From NCBI GenBank assembly GCA_963665295.1, contig OY762209.1, positions 3,456,001 to 3,520,000 of the forward strand: a DNA stretch of 64,000 nucleotides. The letters run 5' to 3'. Source of the stretch: Syntrophorhabdaceae bacterium. GTDB lineage: Bacteria; Desulfobacterota; Syntrophorhabdia; Syntrophorhabdales; Syntrophorhabdaceae. This document shows, in pieces, positions 38,644 through 48,639 of the stretch (within the stretch, counting starts at the first letter, position 1; each line of letters starts with the position of its first letter). The notes beneath the pieces were generated by a model that worked only from the letters and a program-made list of their open reading frames with translations, ran no database searches and was not told the DNA's origin. A program made the translations under genes and the position numbers.

Positions 38644-41616
38644 TCAGCATTCCTTTATCGGGACTTTTATGATAAATGTGGTGCCCTTGCCCGGCTCGCT
38701 TGTTACTTCGATGTCGCCCTCATGCTTCTTTACGATATCGTAAACAATACTCAGTCCAAGCCCGGTCCCCTTGCCGATTTCCTTGGTCGTATAGAAGGGT
38801 TCGAATATTCGGCCCAACTGGTCTTCCGGTATTCCACATCCCGTGTCCGATATGGTCACACAGGCATCTTTGCCGTCGCGAAAGGTCCTGACCGCGATTT
38901 CGCCGAACTCTTCTATGGACTGCGCAGCGTTAAGCAAAATATTCATGAAGACCTGACCCAACTGGCCCGCGTTGCACAAGGTCATTGGCATATCGCCGTA
39001 TTCCTTCTTGACCGCAGCCTTGTACTTCAATTCATTCCATACGATGTTGAGGGTGCTTTCCATGGTCTTGTTCAGGTCTGCGAGGGAATACTCGGGTTCA
39101 TCTATGCGGGAGAAATTCTTGAGGTCCTGTACTATCCGTTTTACCCTGTCCGCGCCGTCAAGGGACTCTTTTATCAGACTTTGTGAATCTTCAACTATGT
39201 AATCGATCTTCAGGGCCCTCCTGCTTTCCGCTGCGCCATTCACCGCAGTCTGTCTGTGTTCGTCTGCATTCCGGCTCAGTTGGTCTATAACCTCGGACTG
39301 TATTTTGATAAATTCGGGTATCCTTGCCAGGTACTTGTTGAGTGAATTGAGGTTGCTTATGATAAATCCCATGGGGTTGTTGATCTCGTGGGCGACGCCG
39401 GCCGCGAGTTGGCCGATGGATGCCATCTTTTCCTGCTGGATAATCTTCTTCTGGGACTCTTTTTGCTCCCTGTACGCGCTTTCCAACTCCTGGTTTTTGC
39501 CCTCGAGTTCCGTAAGCGCGTTCCTGAGCGAAACCTCTGCCTCCCTGCGATGGGTGATATTCTCGACCATGCCCTCGTAATGGAGTATTTCGCCCGAGGA
39601 GCCCTTTATGGCGTGTGCGCTTATGGAGACCCAGATGATATTACCGTCCTTCTGGTACATCCGGGTCTCCCATCTTTCGATAAAACCCTGCGTCTCGATG
39701 ATCTTGCGGTATTTGACGCGATCCTCCGGATCCACGTACAGTTGGTGTCCAATGCTGTTGATGGCCGACACCATCTCTTCGGGTGATTGGTAACCGTGCA
39801 TTCGGGCCAGCGATGGGTTGATATTTATGAGCTTGCCCGTCGGCGTTGCCTGGAAGATTCCCTCAAAAGCCTGTTCGTAAATATGACGAAACTTTGCCTC
39901 GCTTGTGGAAACCCTTTTTTCGGCCTCCTTTCGGGAAAGGGCAATGCCGATGCTCGCTGCAATACCTTCGAAATACTCGATAAGACTAAGGTCAAATGAA
40001 TCCCGGCGTCTGTCATTAAGCTGGAGGACGCCTATAATTTCTTCCCCTGATTTCAGGGGGATGATAGCGAGAGACTCATAGTTCTCTCGAATGCAACGAC
40101 CTCTGAGCGGCCCTTGAAAGGCTTCCGGAGAGACAGACGCCGAAAATGCGGAAGCGTCGTTTGTCCAGAAGCTGCCCCCGTCCGTAAAGAAAGGAAGAGA
40201 TGGGTCCGTCTTTCTGCTGATGACAGCCCCGCATATGCACGCCATGACCGGCTTGCCGGTACGGTCACGAAGTATCTTACCCTTGTCGTCGTGGGTAAGC
40301 AGGGATTGTTCGGGCTGGAGAAATTGTTCAGAGAAGCCCTCTGACTCCAGATAAGGGAAATCCTCTCCCACTCTCAAACGGACCCCTACTGCTTCGATTT
40401 CCATGTATTCCCTCATTAAAGCAGGGATCCGGCGCACTACGCCGGAGATCTCATCGCCGCTATTAAGAGTCTTGAGCAGCCTGTTTTCCAGTTCCTGCCG
40501 TTTCTCCGCGTCTACGTGCTCCTTATTCCGCTTCTCCAAGAGGGAAGCCATATCATCAAAGGATTCAGCGAGTCGGCCCAGTTCATCGGTGGTGCGGGAT
40601 AGTCCGGTTCGTGTGTACATTTTACCTTGCCCGAACATGCGTGTGGCGGTGACCAGTCTGTCAACCGGCTCAATGAGAAAGAAGTTGCCGAAGACCCATG
40701 CCAGGCACATGGCAATCAAGGCTGCAAGCCCGAGAATGGAGAGATTTCTGGCCATCTGGACATTTGCATTGTGAAGGACCTTGTCTTTCGGCATTCCTAC
40801 CACCATGAACATGTAAGGGGGAGAATCGGCGCGAAGACGCAGTTGACGGAAGGCATATATGCGATCCATACCGTCATGGCTGGTCCATTCACGTAACCCA
40901 TGATCACTATTACCCGATATGTCCGCGAATGCCTTACGAGAAACAGGCGTTCCGTGAGGGGCCCCACGACTTTCCGGCAGGCGGAAGAGGCGGACACCTT
41001 TCCAGTCGAGAATTGCCACGGCGTACCCTTCCGGCGGATTTATTTCTGCTACGAGATGGGCATATTCGTTCAGGTTAATACCTGCTATTACCACAGCCGC
41101 AACTTTCCTGTCCGCGCCGAAGACGGGATAACTGAAATTTATGGACCTCATGTTGCTGATCCTTCCGACAATGTGTTCGCCTGCGGAAAAGTCGCGGGTT
41201 CTGATAGCGTCCCTCACATGTTTTCTGTCCGCCAGGTTGACGCCGGATTGGAACGGAGTGGACGCGGCGAAGACATTCCCGTCCGGTGTTGCGGCGAGTA
41301 TTACGGAATAGAAGGGATACTGATGGTGCAACTCCCGGAAAAGCCGGCTGCAGGCTTTTGCGTCGAGGCTTTGCACCACGGGCAACTGAGCCAGCATGCT
41401 GAGCATGGTTTTTGTGGCGATAACAACCTGATCCTGGTGGGCTGCAAGACTCTGGGCGAGGAGGGACGCGCTGTTTTCCGCCTTCTCGATCTCGGCTTTT
41501 CGTTGTTGGAGGCCGGTCGTCACGATGATCCCGAAAGCAGGAAGGAAGACGATGAATAGCAGGAGAAGGAGTTTCCTGCGAATCGTCCACCAGCTCGGAT
41601 TCTTCTTGTTATCCAT
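38644..41616 (-). CDS. Membrane sensor histidine kinase (Cache-HAMP-GAF-PAS-HisKA-HATPase)
   Basis: Two TM segments, DELGRLAESF HAMP motif, AGVAHEINNP, FEPFYTTK, GTGLGL. Start estimated at ATG 41616. Confidence 0.9.
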   Translation of the reverse strand: MDNKKNPSWWTIRRKLLLLLFIVFLPAFGIIVTTGLQQRKAEIEKAENSASLLAQSLAAHQDQVVIATKTMLSMLAQLPVVQSLDAKACSRLFRELHHQYPFYSVILAATPDGNVFAASTPFQSGVNLADRKHVRDAIRTRDFSAGEHIVGRISNMRSINFSYPVFGADRKVAAVVIAGINLNEYAHLVAEINPPEGYAVAILDWKGVRLFRLPESRGAPHGTPVSRKAFADISGNSDHGLREWTSHDGMDRIYAFRQLRLRADSPPYMFMVVGMPKDKVLHNANVQMARNLSILGLAALIAMCLAWVFGNFFLIEPVDRLVTATRMFGQGKMYTRTGLSRTTDELGRLAESFDDMASLLEKRNKEHVDAEKRQELENRLLKTLNSGDEISGVVRRIPALMREYMEIEAVGVRLRVGEDFPYLESEGFSEQFLQPEQSLLTHDDKGKILRDRTGKPVMACICGAVISRKTDPSLPFFTDGGSFWTNDASAFSASVSPEAFQGPLRGRCIRENYESLAIIPLKSGEEIIGVLQLNDRRRDSFDLSLIEYFEGIAASIGIALSRKEAEKRVSTSEAKFRHIYEQAFEGIFQATPTGKLININPSLARMHGYQSPEEMVSAINSIGHQLYVDPEDRVKYRKIIETQGFIERWETRMYQKDGNIIWVSISAHAIKGSSGEILHYEGMVENITHRREAEVSLRNALTELEGKNQELESAYREQKESQKKIIQQEKMASIGQLAAGVAHEINNPMGFIISNLNSLNKYLARIPEFIKIQSEVIDQLSRNADEHRQTAVNGAAESRRALKIDYIVEDSQSLIKESLDGADRVKRIVQDLKNFSRIDEPEYSLADLNKTMESTLNIVWNELKYKAAVKKEYGDMPMTLCNAGQLGQVFMNILLNAAQSIEEFGEIAVRTFRDGKDACVTISDTGCGIPEDQLGRIFEPFYTTKEIGKGTGLGLSIVYDIVKKHEGDIEVTSEPGKGTTFIIKVPIKEC

Positions 41617-41880
41617 CTTCTGTCTCTTCCGGAGTGATGCCGGGCGCAACAGCGGCTATCTCCGCTTCCCCCTCCGGAACTGTCGGTGGGGCCTGACAAG
41701 CGGATTGACCCCGAATATGTTTTCGGTTAAGAAGCAATAATCTTAACTTAGATGGTAAAGTATATTTACATTCGTGTCAAGAATCGCCCGTTCTTTAGCT
41801 CCCCCTTCAAGGTGAGTTGGTTCTTCCCGGGACTGCCGGCACCAGGGAGCACATATCCGGAATGAATTGCGGCGGCTTGT

Positions 41881-42618
41881 CTAAATATTCCATCCGCCCG
41901 AGACAGGTATAGCGGCACCCGTGATGAAGGATGCATCTTCCGAAGCAAGAAAAGCTATCACCGCGGCCACGTCTCTCGGCTCACCGATTCTTCCCAGGAG
42001 GGTTTCGGAAAGGATAGGCGCCTTGTACTTGTCGGACATGGCGATAATCGGGGGCGTTCGAATGAGTCCGGGCACGACCGCATTCACGGTCACGCCGTCG
42101 GGACCTCCTTCTCTGGCGGTGGTCTTTGTAAGACCCACCACCGCAGCTTTTGCGGTTGCGTAGGCGGCTTCGCCTTTTGCCCCCAAGAGCCCATAAATGG
42201 AACTGATATTGATGATACGGCCCCACTTCTGAGCCCGCATGCCAGGCAGCAGCGTTTTGGTAAGGAAGAAAGGAACGAGTACATGGATACCCATGACTGC
42301 GTTGAAATCTTTGGTATCCGTCTTCGCGGTGATGCCCGGACGGTCGAAGCCCGCGTTATTGACAAGAATATCGATATGGGTTTCCATCGTGATTTCTTCC
42401 AAAAGCCTGCGAAGTGGTTCCGTGCGGGTGAGGTCGATGATGCGGGCGGTGACTTTCCCGCCATCCCCTGCAATCCGTTTTGCTACCTCCGGCAGGGTTT
42501 TCCTGTTCTTGTCGAGGAGTACCAGGGTTGCTCCCTTTTTCGCGAATATCTCTGCACAGGCCCGGCCGATACCCTGACCCGCTCCCGTGATAAGTGCCGT
42601 GCGACCGGAAAAAGTCAT
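41881..42618 (-). CDS. Short-chain dehydrogenase/reductase (FabG-like)
   Basis: TGAGQGIG, NNAG, YATAK. Confidence 0.92.
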   Translation of the reverse strand: MTFSGRTALITGAGQGIGRACAEIFAKKGATLVLLDKNRKTLPEVAKRIAGDGGKVTARIIDLTRTEPLRRLLEEITMETHIDILVNNAGFDRPGITAKTDTKDFNAVMGIHVLVPFFLTKTLLPGMRAQKWGRIINISSIYGLLGAKGEAAYATAKAAVVGLTKTTAREGGPDGVTVNAVVPGLIRTPPIIAMSDKYKAPILSETLLGRIGEPRDVAAVIAFLASEDASFITGAAIPVSGGWNI

Positions 42619-42929
42619 ACATATCCTCCTTTATTATACTTCCCGGGTCCCTTTTGCTGCTTTAGGGATGGGGACGACAATTTGTTCCGTCAGGTAGTCT
42701 ACCACGACGGTAATTTGTGTACATTTTAAAGGAAACTGCCCATACTTACAAGTCATTTGCTCAAAGATACCCTTCCTGCCCGACAGGCCTGAAGGATTGG
42801 TCTTTGTCGGAATATTTCAGGGGAGACACGGTGAGGAAAGGAATAATTTCGTTTAAGGAGAGGCCGTCTTGTGGTACTCTTAAGAATAATGGAAACAATG
42901 CAGGTCCTGATTTTAAGGAGGTTAAGGCC

Positions 42930-44681
42930 ATGGCGTCACCGGTAGTCCTCAGGAAACAAAAGCTGTCCGCCCGGTTCATGAAAGACTTTCTCGCATATTA
43001 CAAACGGATCGGCGCGGAGGGTTATTCAGTGGCAAAACGGGAACAATGGGCTCACAACCCGGCTATCGCGGTCTTGAGGGCCGTAGACGATGGGAAGGGG
43101 GTCGGATGGGTTGTCTACAACCAGGAAAGGAGCACCATCGAGGAGATATGTCTTGAGAGAACAGCGGGGGATACGGGGTTTGGCCGTCTTCTGGATGCCC
43201 TTATCAGGCGTGAGAACCTCGTTGCCGCCGAATTGCTCGTTACGGATGAGGAGAAGTACCGCTCCCTGGTAAAATATGGCTTCCGTCCCACACACGCCTT
43301 CGAGGCAGAGGGATTTTCCGTGGTGAAAATGGATATGAGCACCTGTGTACTCCGGGAAAAGCTTGACGGGTGCACGCCTGCCAGGGCGTATCGGAAGAAG
43401 GAAAGGGTAGCTTTAATCAAGGTGCCCGAAACCGGAACCGATAAGGAGATCAGGAAGGGACTTCAAGAGCTTTTACGGAGACTGGGCGGCGTGGCGAAAT
43501 TCGTCAAACCCGGGCAGACCGTAGTCATAAAACCCAACCTCGTGAGCGACCACGGCCTGAGGGACGGTAAGTACGTAGGCGGTATCGTTACCGACATAAG
43601 GGTCGTAAAGGCTCTCGCCGAGATTCTTCTTCCTGTGGCGGGGAAAGTAATCATTGCAGAAGGGTCGTCGATAAACCGCAGTGAAACGTCGAAGATGTTT
43701 TCTCTCTATGGGTATGATCGCCTCATCGACCTGGACCCCGGCAAGATGGAACTTGTAGATCTTAACAGGGACGAGGTAGTGGAGAAGGCCATTCCCGGGG
43801 GGAAGCGAATGGCTTCGAGAAAGATACCTCTGACTCTGGAAAAGGCGGACGTGATCATCAGCGTTCCGGTCCTGAAGATACATTTTGCCGCCGTGGCTTC
43901 GCTTGGAGTCAAACATCTCCAGGGGGCGGTACCTCCTCTTGAAAAGTACATGACCCATTTTTTCGGACTCTGGCAGAACCTCGTGAACATCCATCACGTC
44001 ATCAAGCCGAAGTTGACTATTATAGACGGACTCGTCGGCCAGGAAGATTTCGGACCCGTATCGGGGGTTCCCAAGAAGATGGACGTTCTTATCGGAGGAA
44101 CCAACCCGGTGGCCGTGGATGCCGTGGCCATGAGGGTTATGGGCCTTGACCCTGCTTCGTCGCCCCCTGTGTGGATGGCATATATGCAAGGGCTGGGTCC
44201 GATCGAAGAAGAGAGAATCACCGTGGTCGGCCGCCGTGTCGAAGAGGTGTCAAAGCCGTTCAAACAACCGGTGATCGATCTGACCGGAGGTGCGGATATT
44301 TCCGTCCATGGGGAGAGTGCGTGCCCTGGTTGCCGGGGATACCTCCATTTCGTGCTGAGCAAATTGAGAAGACCGGATCCGTTGGACCCGGGTCGCGCGC
44401 TCATCGACCGGCCCTTCAACAAAAGAGTCGCTATCTTTCTCGGACCTGAATGTGATGATGCCATCGACGCAGAAGGGACGAATATCTTCATGGGGATTTG
44501 TCAGAAACATCATGAGGGGGTGGGAGCCTTTCTCCCCGGTTGCCCGCCTCATGCGGAAGTAATCACGAACGGCATATTTGCCTTATTCCCGGATATAGAA
44601 CGGCCTCAGTACGCGGACAAGAGCGAGGAGGCGAAGCTGGGAGAGATGCTTACGGAAATCATGAACATGGATAAGAACTGA
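42930..44681 (+). CDS. DUF362 Fe-S protein with an extra N-terminal, possibly GNAT-like, domain
   Basis: AAGGAGG RBS before ATG 42930; VVIKPNL, SVPVLKIH, PVAVDAVA; C-terminal CPGC...GIC...GCPP. Confidence 0.8.
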   Translation: MASPVVLRKQKLSARFMKDFLAYYKRIGAEGYSVAKREQWAHNPAIAVLRAVDDGKGVGWVVYNQERSTIEEICLERTAGDTGFGRLLDALIRRENLVAAELLVTDEEKYRSLVKYGFRPTHAFEAEGFSVVKMDMSTCVLREKLDGCTPARAYRKKERVALIKVPETGTDKEIRKGLQELLRRLGGVAKFVKPGQTVVIKPNLVSDHGLRDGKYVGGIVTDIRVVKALAEILLPVAGKVIIAEGSSINRSETSKMFSLYGYDRLIDLDPGKMELVDLNRDEVVEKAIPGGKRMASRKIPLTLEKADVIISVPVLKIHFAAVASLGVKHLQGAVPPLEKYMTHFFGLWQNLVNIHHVIKPKLTIIDGLVGQEDFGPVSGVPKKMDVLIGGTNPVAVDAVAMRVMGLDPASSPPVWMAYMQGLGPIEEERITVVGRRVEEVSKPFKQPVIDLTGGADISVHGESACPGCRGYLHFVLSKLRRPDPLDPGRALIDRPFNKRVAIFLGPECDDAIDAEGTNIFMGICQKHHEGVGAFLPGCPPHAEVITNGIFALFPDIERPQYADKSEEAKLGEMLTEIMNMDKN

Positions 44682-44682
44682 C

Positions 44683-45957
44683 ATGCGTTTTATCGGGGAC
44701 CTTCACATACACTCGAAGTACTCACGAGCCACCAGCGCCGGCATGGTGCCGGAAGACTTATGGAAGTGGGCGCAGCTCAAAGGGATTACGGTAATAGGCA
44801 CCGGTGATTTTACCCATCCCAGATGGTTCGGAGAGTTGTCGGACAAACTCGAGCCTGCGGGCAACGGCCTTTTCGCCCTGAAGAAAGAGTTTCAGTCTGC
44901 GAGCGTGCCCGAGTCGTGCAAAGGAAACCCTTCTTTCCTCCTTTCGGTGGAGATAAGTTGTATCTACCGCAAGAACGAGAAGACGCGAAAGGTCCACTGC
45001 GTTTTGTTTGCCCCCGATTTCGAGACGGCTGCCAAGATAGGGCTCGCCTTATCGAAGATCGGGAACATCAGCTCGGACGGGAGACCCATCCTGGGGCTTG
45101 ACGCGAAGGAGTTGCTAAAGATTACCCTTGATGCGTCGCCTGATGCCATGCTGATTCCTGCCCACCTTTGGACACCCCATTTCTCGGTGCTCGGCGCTGC
45201 TTCGGGCTTTGATTCCGTAGAGGAGTGTTTTGAAGAACTTACTTCCCACATCTTCGCCGTGGAGACGGGCCTCTCCTCGGACCCGGCCATGAATCGGCGT
45301 CTTTCGGCTCTGGACAAGTTCACTCTTATATCGAATTCGGATGCCCATTCTCCTCCCAAGATCGGAAGGGAGGCGAACGTTTTCGACACGGACGTCTCGT
45401 ATAAGGCAATTACTGAAGCGATTAAGACGAAGCAGGGCTTTACGGGGACACTGGAATTTTTCCCCGAGGAGGGAAAATATCACCACGATGGCCACAGAGT
45501 GTGCGGGGTCAGTTTTTCTCCCGAGGAGACCATCCGTCACGGCTATCTTTGCCCGGTGTGCGGCAAGCGCCTGACGGTGGGGGTCATGCACAGGGTCGAA
45601 AAGCTTGCGGACAGGAGACCCGGCTTTGTACCGGACAATTCGCCGGATTTTCATTCCCTTATTCCTTTGCCCGAGATCATTTCCGAGGCCATGAAGGTAG
45701 GGGTGAACAGCAAGGCGGTAAACGGTGAATATCTGAGGTTACTTTCGAGATTGGGTAATGAATTTACCATATTGTTTGAAACCCCCCTTGAGGAGATCGG
45801 GAAAGCGAGTGGAGTGCCTCTTGTAAGGGAGGCAATTGCCAGGATGCGTGAGGGAAAAGTTTATATTGCCCCGGGTTACGATGGGGAATATGGGAAAATA
45901 AGGATCTTTGAAGAATTTGAGCGGAAAGAGAACAAAGGGCAGATGGTGCTGCTCTGA
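44683..45957 (+). CDS. Endonuclease Q family protein (PHP domain with Zn finger)
   Basis: DLHIHSKYSRATS, GTGDFTHP, ETGLSSDP, SNSDAHS, GKYHHDGHRVC, CPVCG, PGYDGEYG. Confidence 0.92.
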   Translation: MRFIGDLHIHSKYSRATSAGMVPEDLWKWAQLKGITVIGTGDFTHPRWFGELSDKLEPAGNGLFALKKEFQSASVPESCKGNPSFLLSVEISCIYRKNEKTRKVHCVLFAPDFETAAKIGLALSKIGNISSDGRPILGLDAKELLKITLDASPDAMLIPAHLWTPHFSVLGAASGFDSVEECFEELTSHIFAVETGLSSDPAMNRRLSALDKFTLISNSDAHSPPKIGREANVFDTDVSYKAITEAIKTKQGFTGTLEFFPEEGKYHHDGHRVCGVSFSPEETIRHGYLCPVCGKRLTVGVMHRVEKLADRRPGFVPDNSPDFHSLIPLPEIISEAMKVGVNSKAVNGEYLRLLSRLGNEFTILFETPLEEIGKASGVPLVREAIARMREGKVYIAPGYDGEYGKIRIFEEFERKENKGQMVLL

Positions 45958-46014
45958 TTCAAAACCCGGGTTGCCCCGAAAAGCGCTTGTAGCGGCGTCC
46001 GGCGGAGAGGTCTG

Positions 46015-47730
46015 ATGTCCGCGGAAAACAGAGTCATATCCCAGGTGTTCGAAGGGCTGAACGAGGAGCAGCAGAGGGCGGTGGTGACTACCGAAGGGCC
46101 TCTGCTCGTGGTGGCCGGCCCGGGAACAGGCAAAACCCTGACGATCGTTCGCAGGCTGGCCTATCTGGTGGGACGGGGGGTGCCGCCGGAAAGGATACTT
46201 GCCGTAACGTTTACCAACAGGGCGGCACGAGAGATGCGCGAGAGAACGGACACGTTGCTGGGGTCCCGCGGAGGGAAAGTGTTCATCGGCACCTTTCATC
46301 TTCTTGGTCTCCGGATTATCATGGAGAGTCTTCAGCGAGGGTTTTCAGTCATAGACAGGGAGAGGCAAACCGATATCCTCAAGGGTCTCACAGGAGGGGC
46401 GAAGAAGGCGGACCTCATGGCCGAGAGGATATCGAGAATAAAAGGCTTTATCGAAGAAATTGACGAAGAGACGAGAGATGTCTTCGAAGCCTACGAGAAC
46501 ACTCTAAGGAACGATCACCTGTATGATTTTGACGACCTTATCCGCGTTCCCCTTGCGGCGATGGAAGACGGAACTGACGCGGAGTCGTTCAAAAGAACCT
46601 TCAGTTACATCATGGTGGACGAGTATCAGGATATCAATCTCGCCCAGTACCGACTTTTGAGGTGCCTTGTCTCCGACGAGGGCAATATTTGCGCGGTGGG
46701 CGACCCGGATCAGGCAATCTATGCCTTCCGGGGCGCGGATGTTGGAAATTTTCTCAATTTTGAGAAGGATTTCCCCGGTGGTCTGAAGGTTACGTTGAGA
46801 CAGAACTATCGCTCATCGAAGGTAATACTCGGCGCATCATCCGACCTCATAGGGCATAACACCAGAAGAATGGATAAAGAGCTTGAGGCAGTAGGTTCAA
46901 AGGGCGCCAGGATTACCGTTATATCGGCTCCGGATGAGAAGGCAGAGGCAGAGGCGATCGTGCGGGAAATAGAGGCGAGGGTGGGTGGGACCAGTCACTA
47001 TGGCCTATTGACAGGGGCGCCCGGGATGGATTTTGCCGATTGTCCGGGTGGTTTCCGCGATTTTGCCGTTATATACAGAACCAACGCCCAGGCAAAGGCC
47101 CTGGAAGAGGTTCTTCATAGATCGGGGATACCCTTTCAGGTGGTCGGGGGAAAAGGCGCGGCAGGCATCAGGATGATAGCCGACCATGTCCGGCGGCATA
47201 TAGAGGAGGGCCAGGACGCCGCCGACGTTCTGGGCGCGGCGGAGTGCCTATGCGGGGAACCCTCCATCTCCGAAGACGACCGGGCGTCGCTCTACCAGAT
47301 CATTTCGGCATACAGAAGTCTGCCTCCTCATGAGGCGCTGACCGGCGTCATGAACGAGCTATCCCTGCTGTCGTCGGGGGACTCGTTTGACCCGAGGGCA
47401 GAGGCTTTGACCCTTATGACGCTTCATACGGCAAAAGGGCTGGAATTCAAGGTTGTTTTTATCGCAGGTGTGGAGGATGGGCTTGTCCCTTTCACTCTGG
47501 GAAGAGGCGAGACGGATATGGAGGAGGAGAGGAGACTCCTGTATGTGGGCATGACACGGGCAAGAGACGATCTTATCCTTACTTGCGCCCGAAACAGGTC
47601 TCTCTATGGGAGGATTTCTCAGTCACGGCCATCGCCGTTTCTTGATGAGATTTCCGAAAGGTTCGTGGAGAAGAGGGTGGTCCGGGATAGGGTGAAGAGT
47701 CCAAAGCAAAGGCAGATGAAACTGTTCTAG
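46015..47730 (+). CDS. UvrD/Rep/PcrA family helicase (short; 2B domain appears reduced)
   Basis: AGPGTGKT, VTFTNRAA, VDEYQD, GDPDQAIYAFRGA, NYRS, TLHTAKGLEF, EERRLLYVGMTRA. Confidence 0.93.
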   Translation: MSAENRVISQVFEGLNEEQQRAVVTTEGPLLVVAGPGTGKTLTIVRRLAYLVGRGVPPERILAVTFTNRAAREMRERTDTLLGSRGGKVFIGTFHLLGLRIIMESLQRGFSVIDRERQTDILKGLTGGAKKADLMAERISRIKGFIEEIDEETRDVFEAYENTLRNDHLYDFDDLIRVPLAAMEDGTDAESFKRTFSYIMVDEYQDINLAQYRLLRCLVSDEGNICAVGDPDQAIYAFRGADVGNFLNFEKDFPGGLKVTLRQNYRSSKVILGASSDLIGHNTRRMDKELEAVGSKGARITVISAPDEKAEAEAIVREIEARVGGTSHYGLLTGAPGMDFADCPGGFRDFAVIYRTNAQAKALEEVLHRSGIPFQVVGGKGAAGIRMIADHVRRHIEEGQDAADVLGAAECLCGEPSISEDDRASLYQIISAYRSLPPHEALTGVMNELSLLSSGDSFDPRAEALTLMTLHTAKGLEFKVVFIAGVEDGLVPFTLGRGETDMEEERRLLYVGMTRARDDLILTCARNRSLYGRISQSRPSPFLDEISERFVEKRVVRDRVKSPKQRQMKLF

Positions 47731-47927
47731 GGAAGGTGGGTTGAGTTACGGCGTGCATTACTAGATGAGAAACTACTTTGTGACATGGTTATAACATGGT
47801 GTAATTGTGTTGTATCTGTGTTTGGCGAAACCGTATTTTTGTAAAGTATAATGAAGAAAAGGGACATGTCCCTACAGCAGATTCGAGGTATGGTGGATTG
47901 ACCCCGGAAGGGAAGGAGGTGTGGTGT

Positions 47928-48350
47928 ATGAAGAGGACCCTCGTGTTGGTCATCGCCTTGTTTATGGGCATTGTATTTGTGACTGGTGCGTCTGCCCAGG
48001 TGGACCCCGCGGAGAAATCAGACGCAACGCCGGCAAAACGGATCAAGGTGACTGAGCCGGTCAGGAGGTTCATGGGCGAGGTGGTCAGCGTGGATTCAGG
48101 AGCGAAGACATTTGTTGCCAGGGGCAGAAAGGGCGAACTGACCTTCGATGCGACCCGTGCGCACATCTCTCCCGCCGTCAGGCTGGGAGAGATGAAAGCA
48201 GGTGACAGGGTCGCGGTGATCTACATAGAGAAAGACGGGAAGAACATGGCGAAGGCTGTGGGGAAACCGGCGGCCCGAGCGAAACGCCCGAGGCCGGGCG
48301 AGGACACATCCGCTGCAGGGAAACCGGCAGCAAATCCTGAGAGCAGGTAA
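47928..48350 (+). CDS. Exported hypothetical protein (OB-fold-like)
   Basis: AAGGAGG RBS, signal peptide ending ASA-Q, GEVVSVD...KAGDRVAVIY. Confidence 0.7.
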   Translation: MKRTLVLVIALFMGIVFVTGASAQVDPAEKSDATPAKRIKVTEPVRRFMGEVVSVDSGAKTFVARGRKGELTFDATRAHISPAVRLGEMKAGDRVAVIYIEKDGKNMAKAVGKPAARAKRPRPGEDTSAAGKPAANPESR

Positions 48351-48639
48351 CAAGGGGGCGGCATCCAGGGGGACTGTTCTCCCCTGCGTGAATTCAAAAG
48401 ACGGGACCCGCAATGCCCCCCCCTGATGCCCAACCGGGATCGAGGTCCGTGAGGGGGCCCTGGTTCGGGCCGGGGTTCTTTGAAAGACGGTGGGCTGCCT
48501 TGATTCCGGAGGAGCAATGGGACTGTTCCCTTTCCGTTGCGGGGCAGGACCTTTCGTGATAAGCTACTTTCATAATGAGCCGGTTGCGCCTCGGTGTCAA
48601 CGGTTCCTCAATGAGTAAACCCACAGTACAGGAGGTCGG

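Noticed and set aside
45955..46014. Selenocysteine recoding at the EndoQ TGA
   Set aside because: The position is a linker, not a catalytic Cys site, and only a weak hairpin follows, so there is no convincing SECIS.
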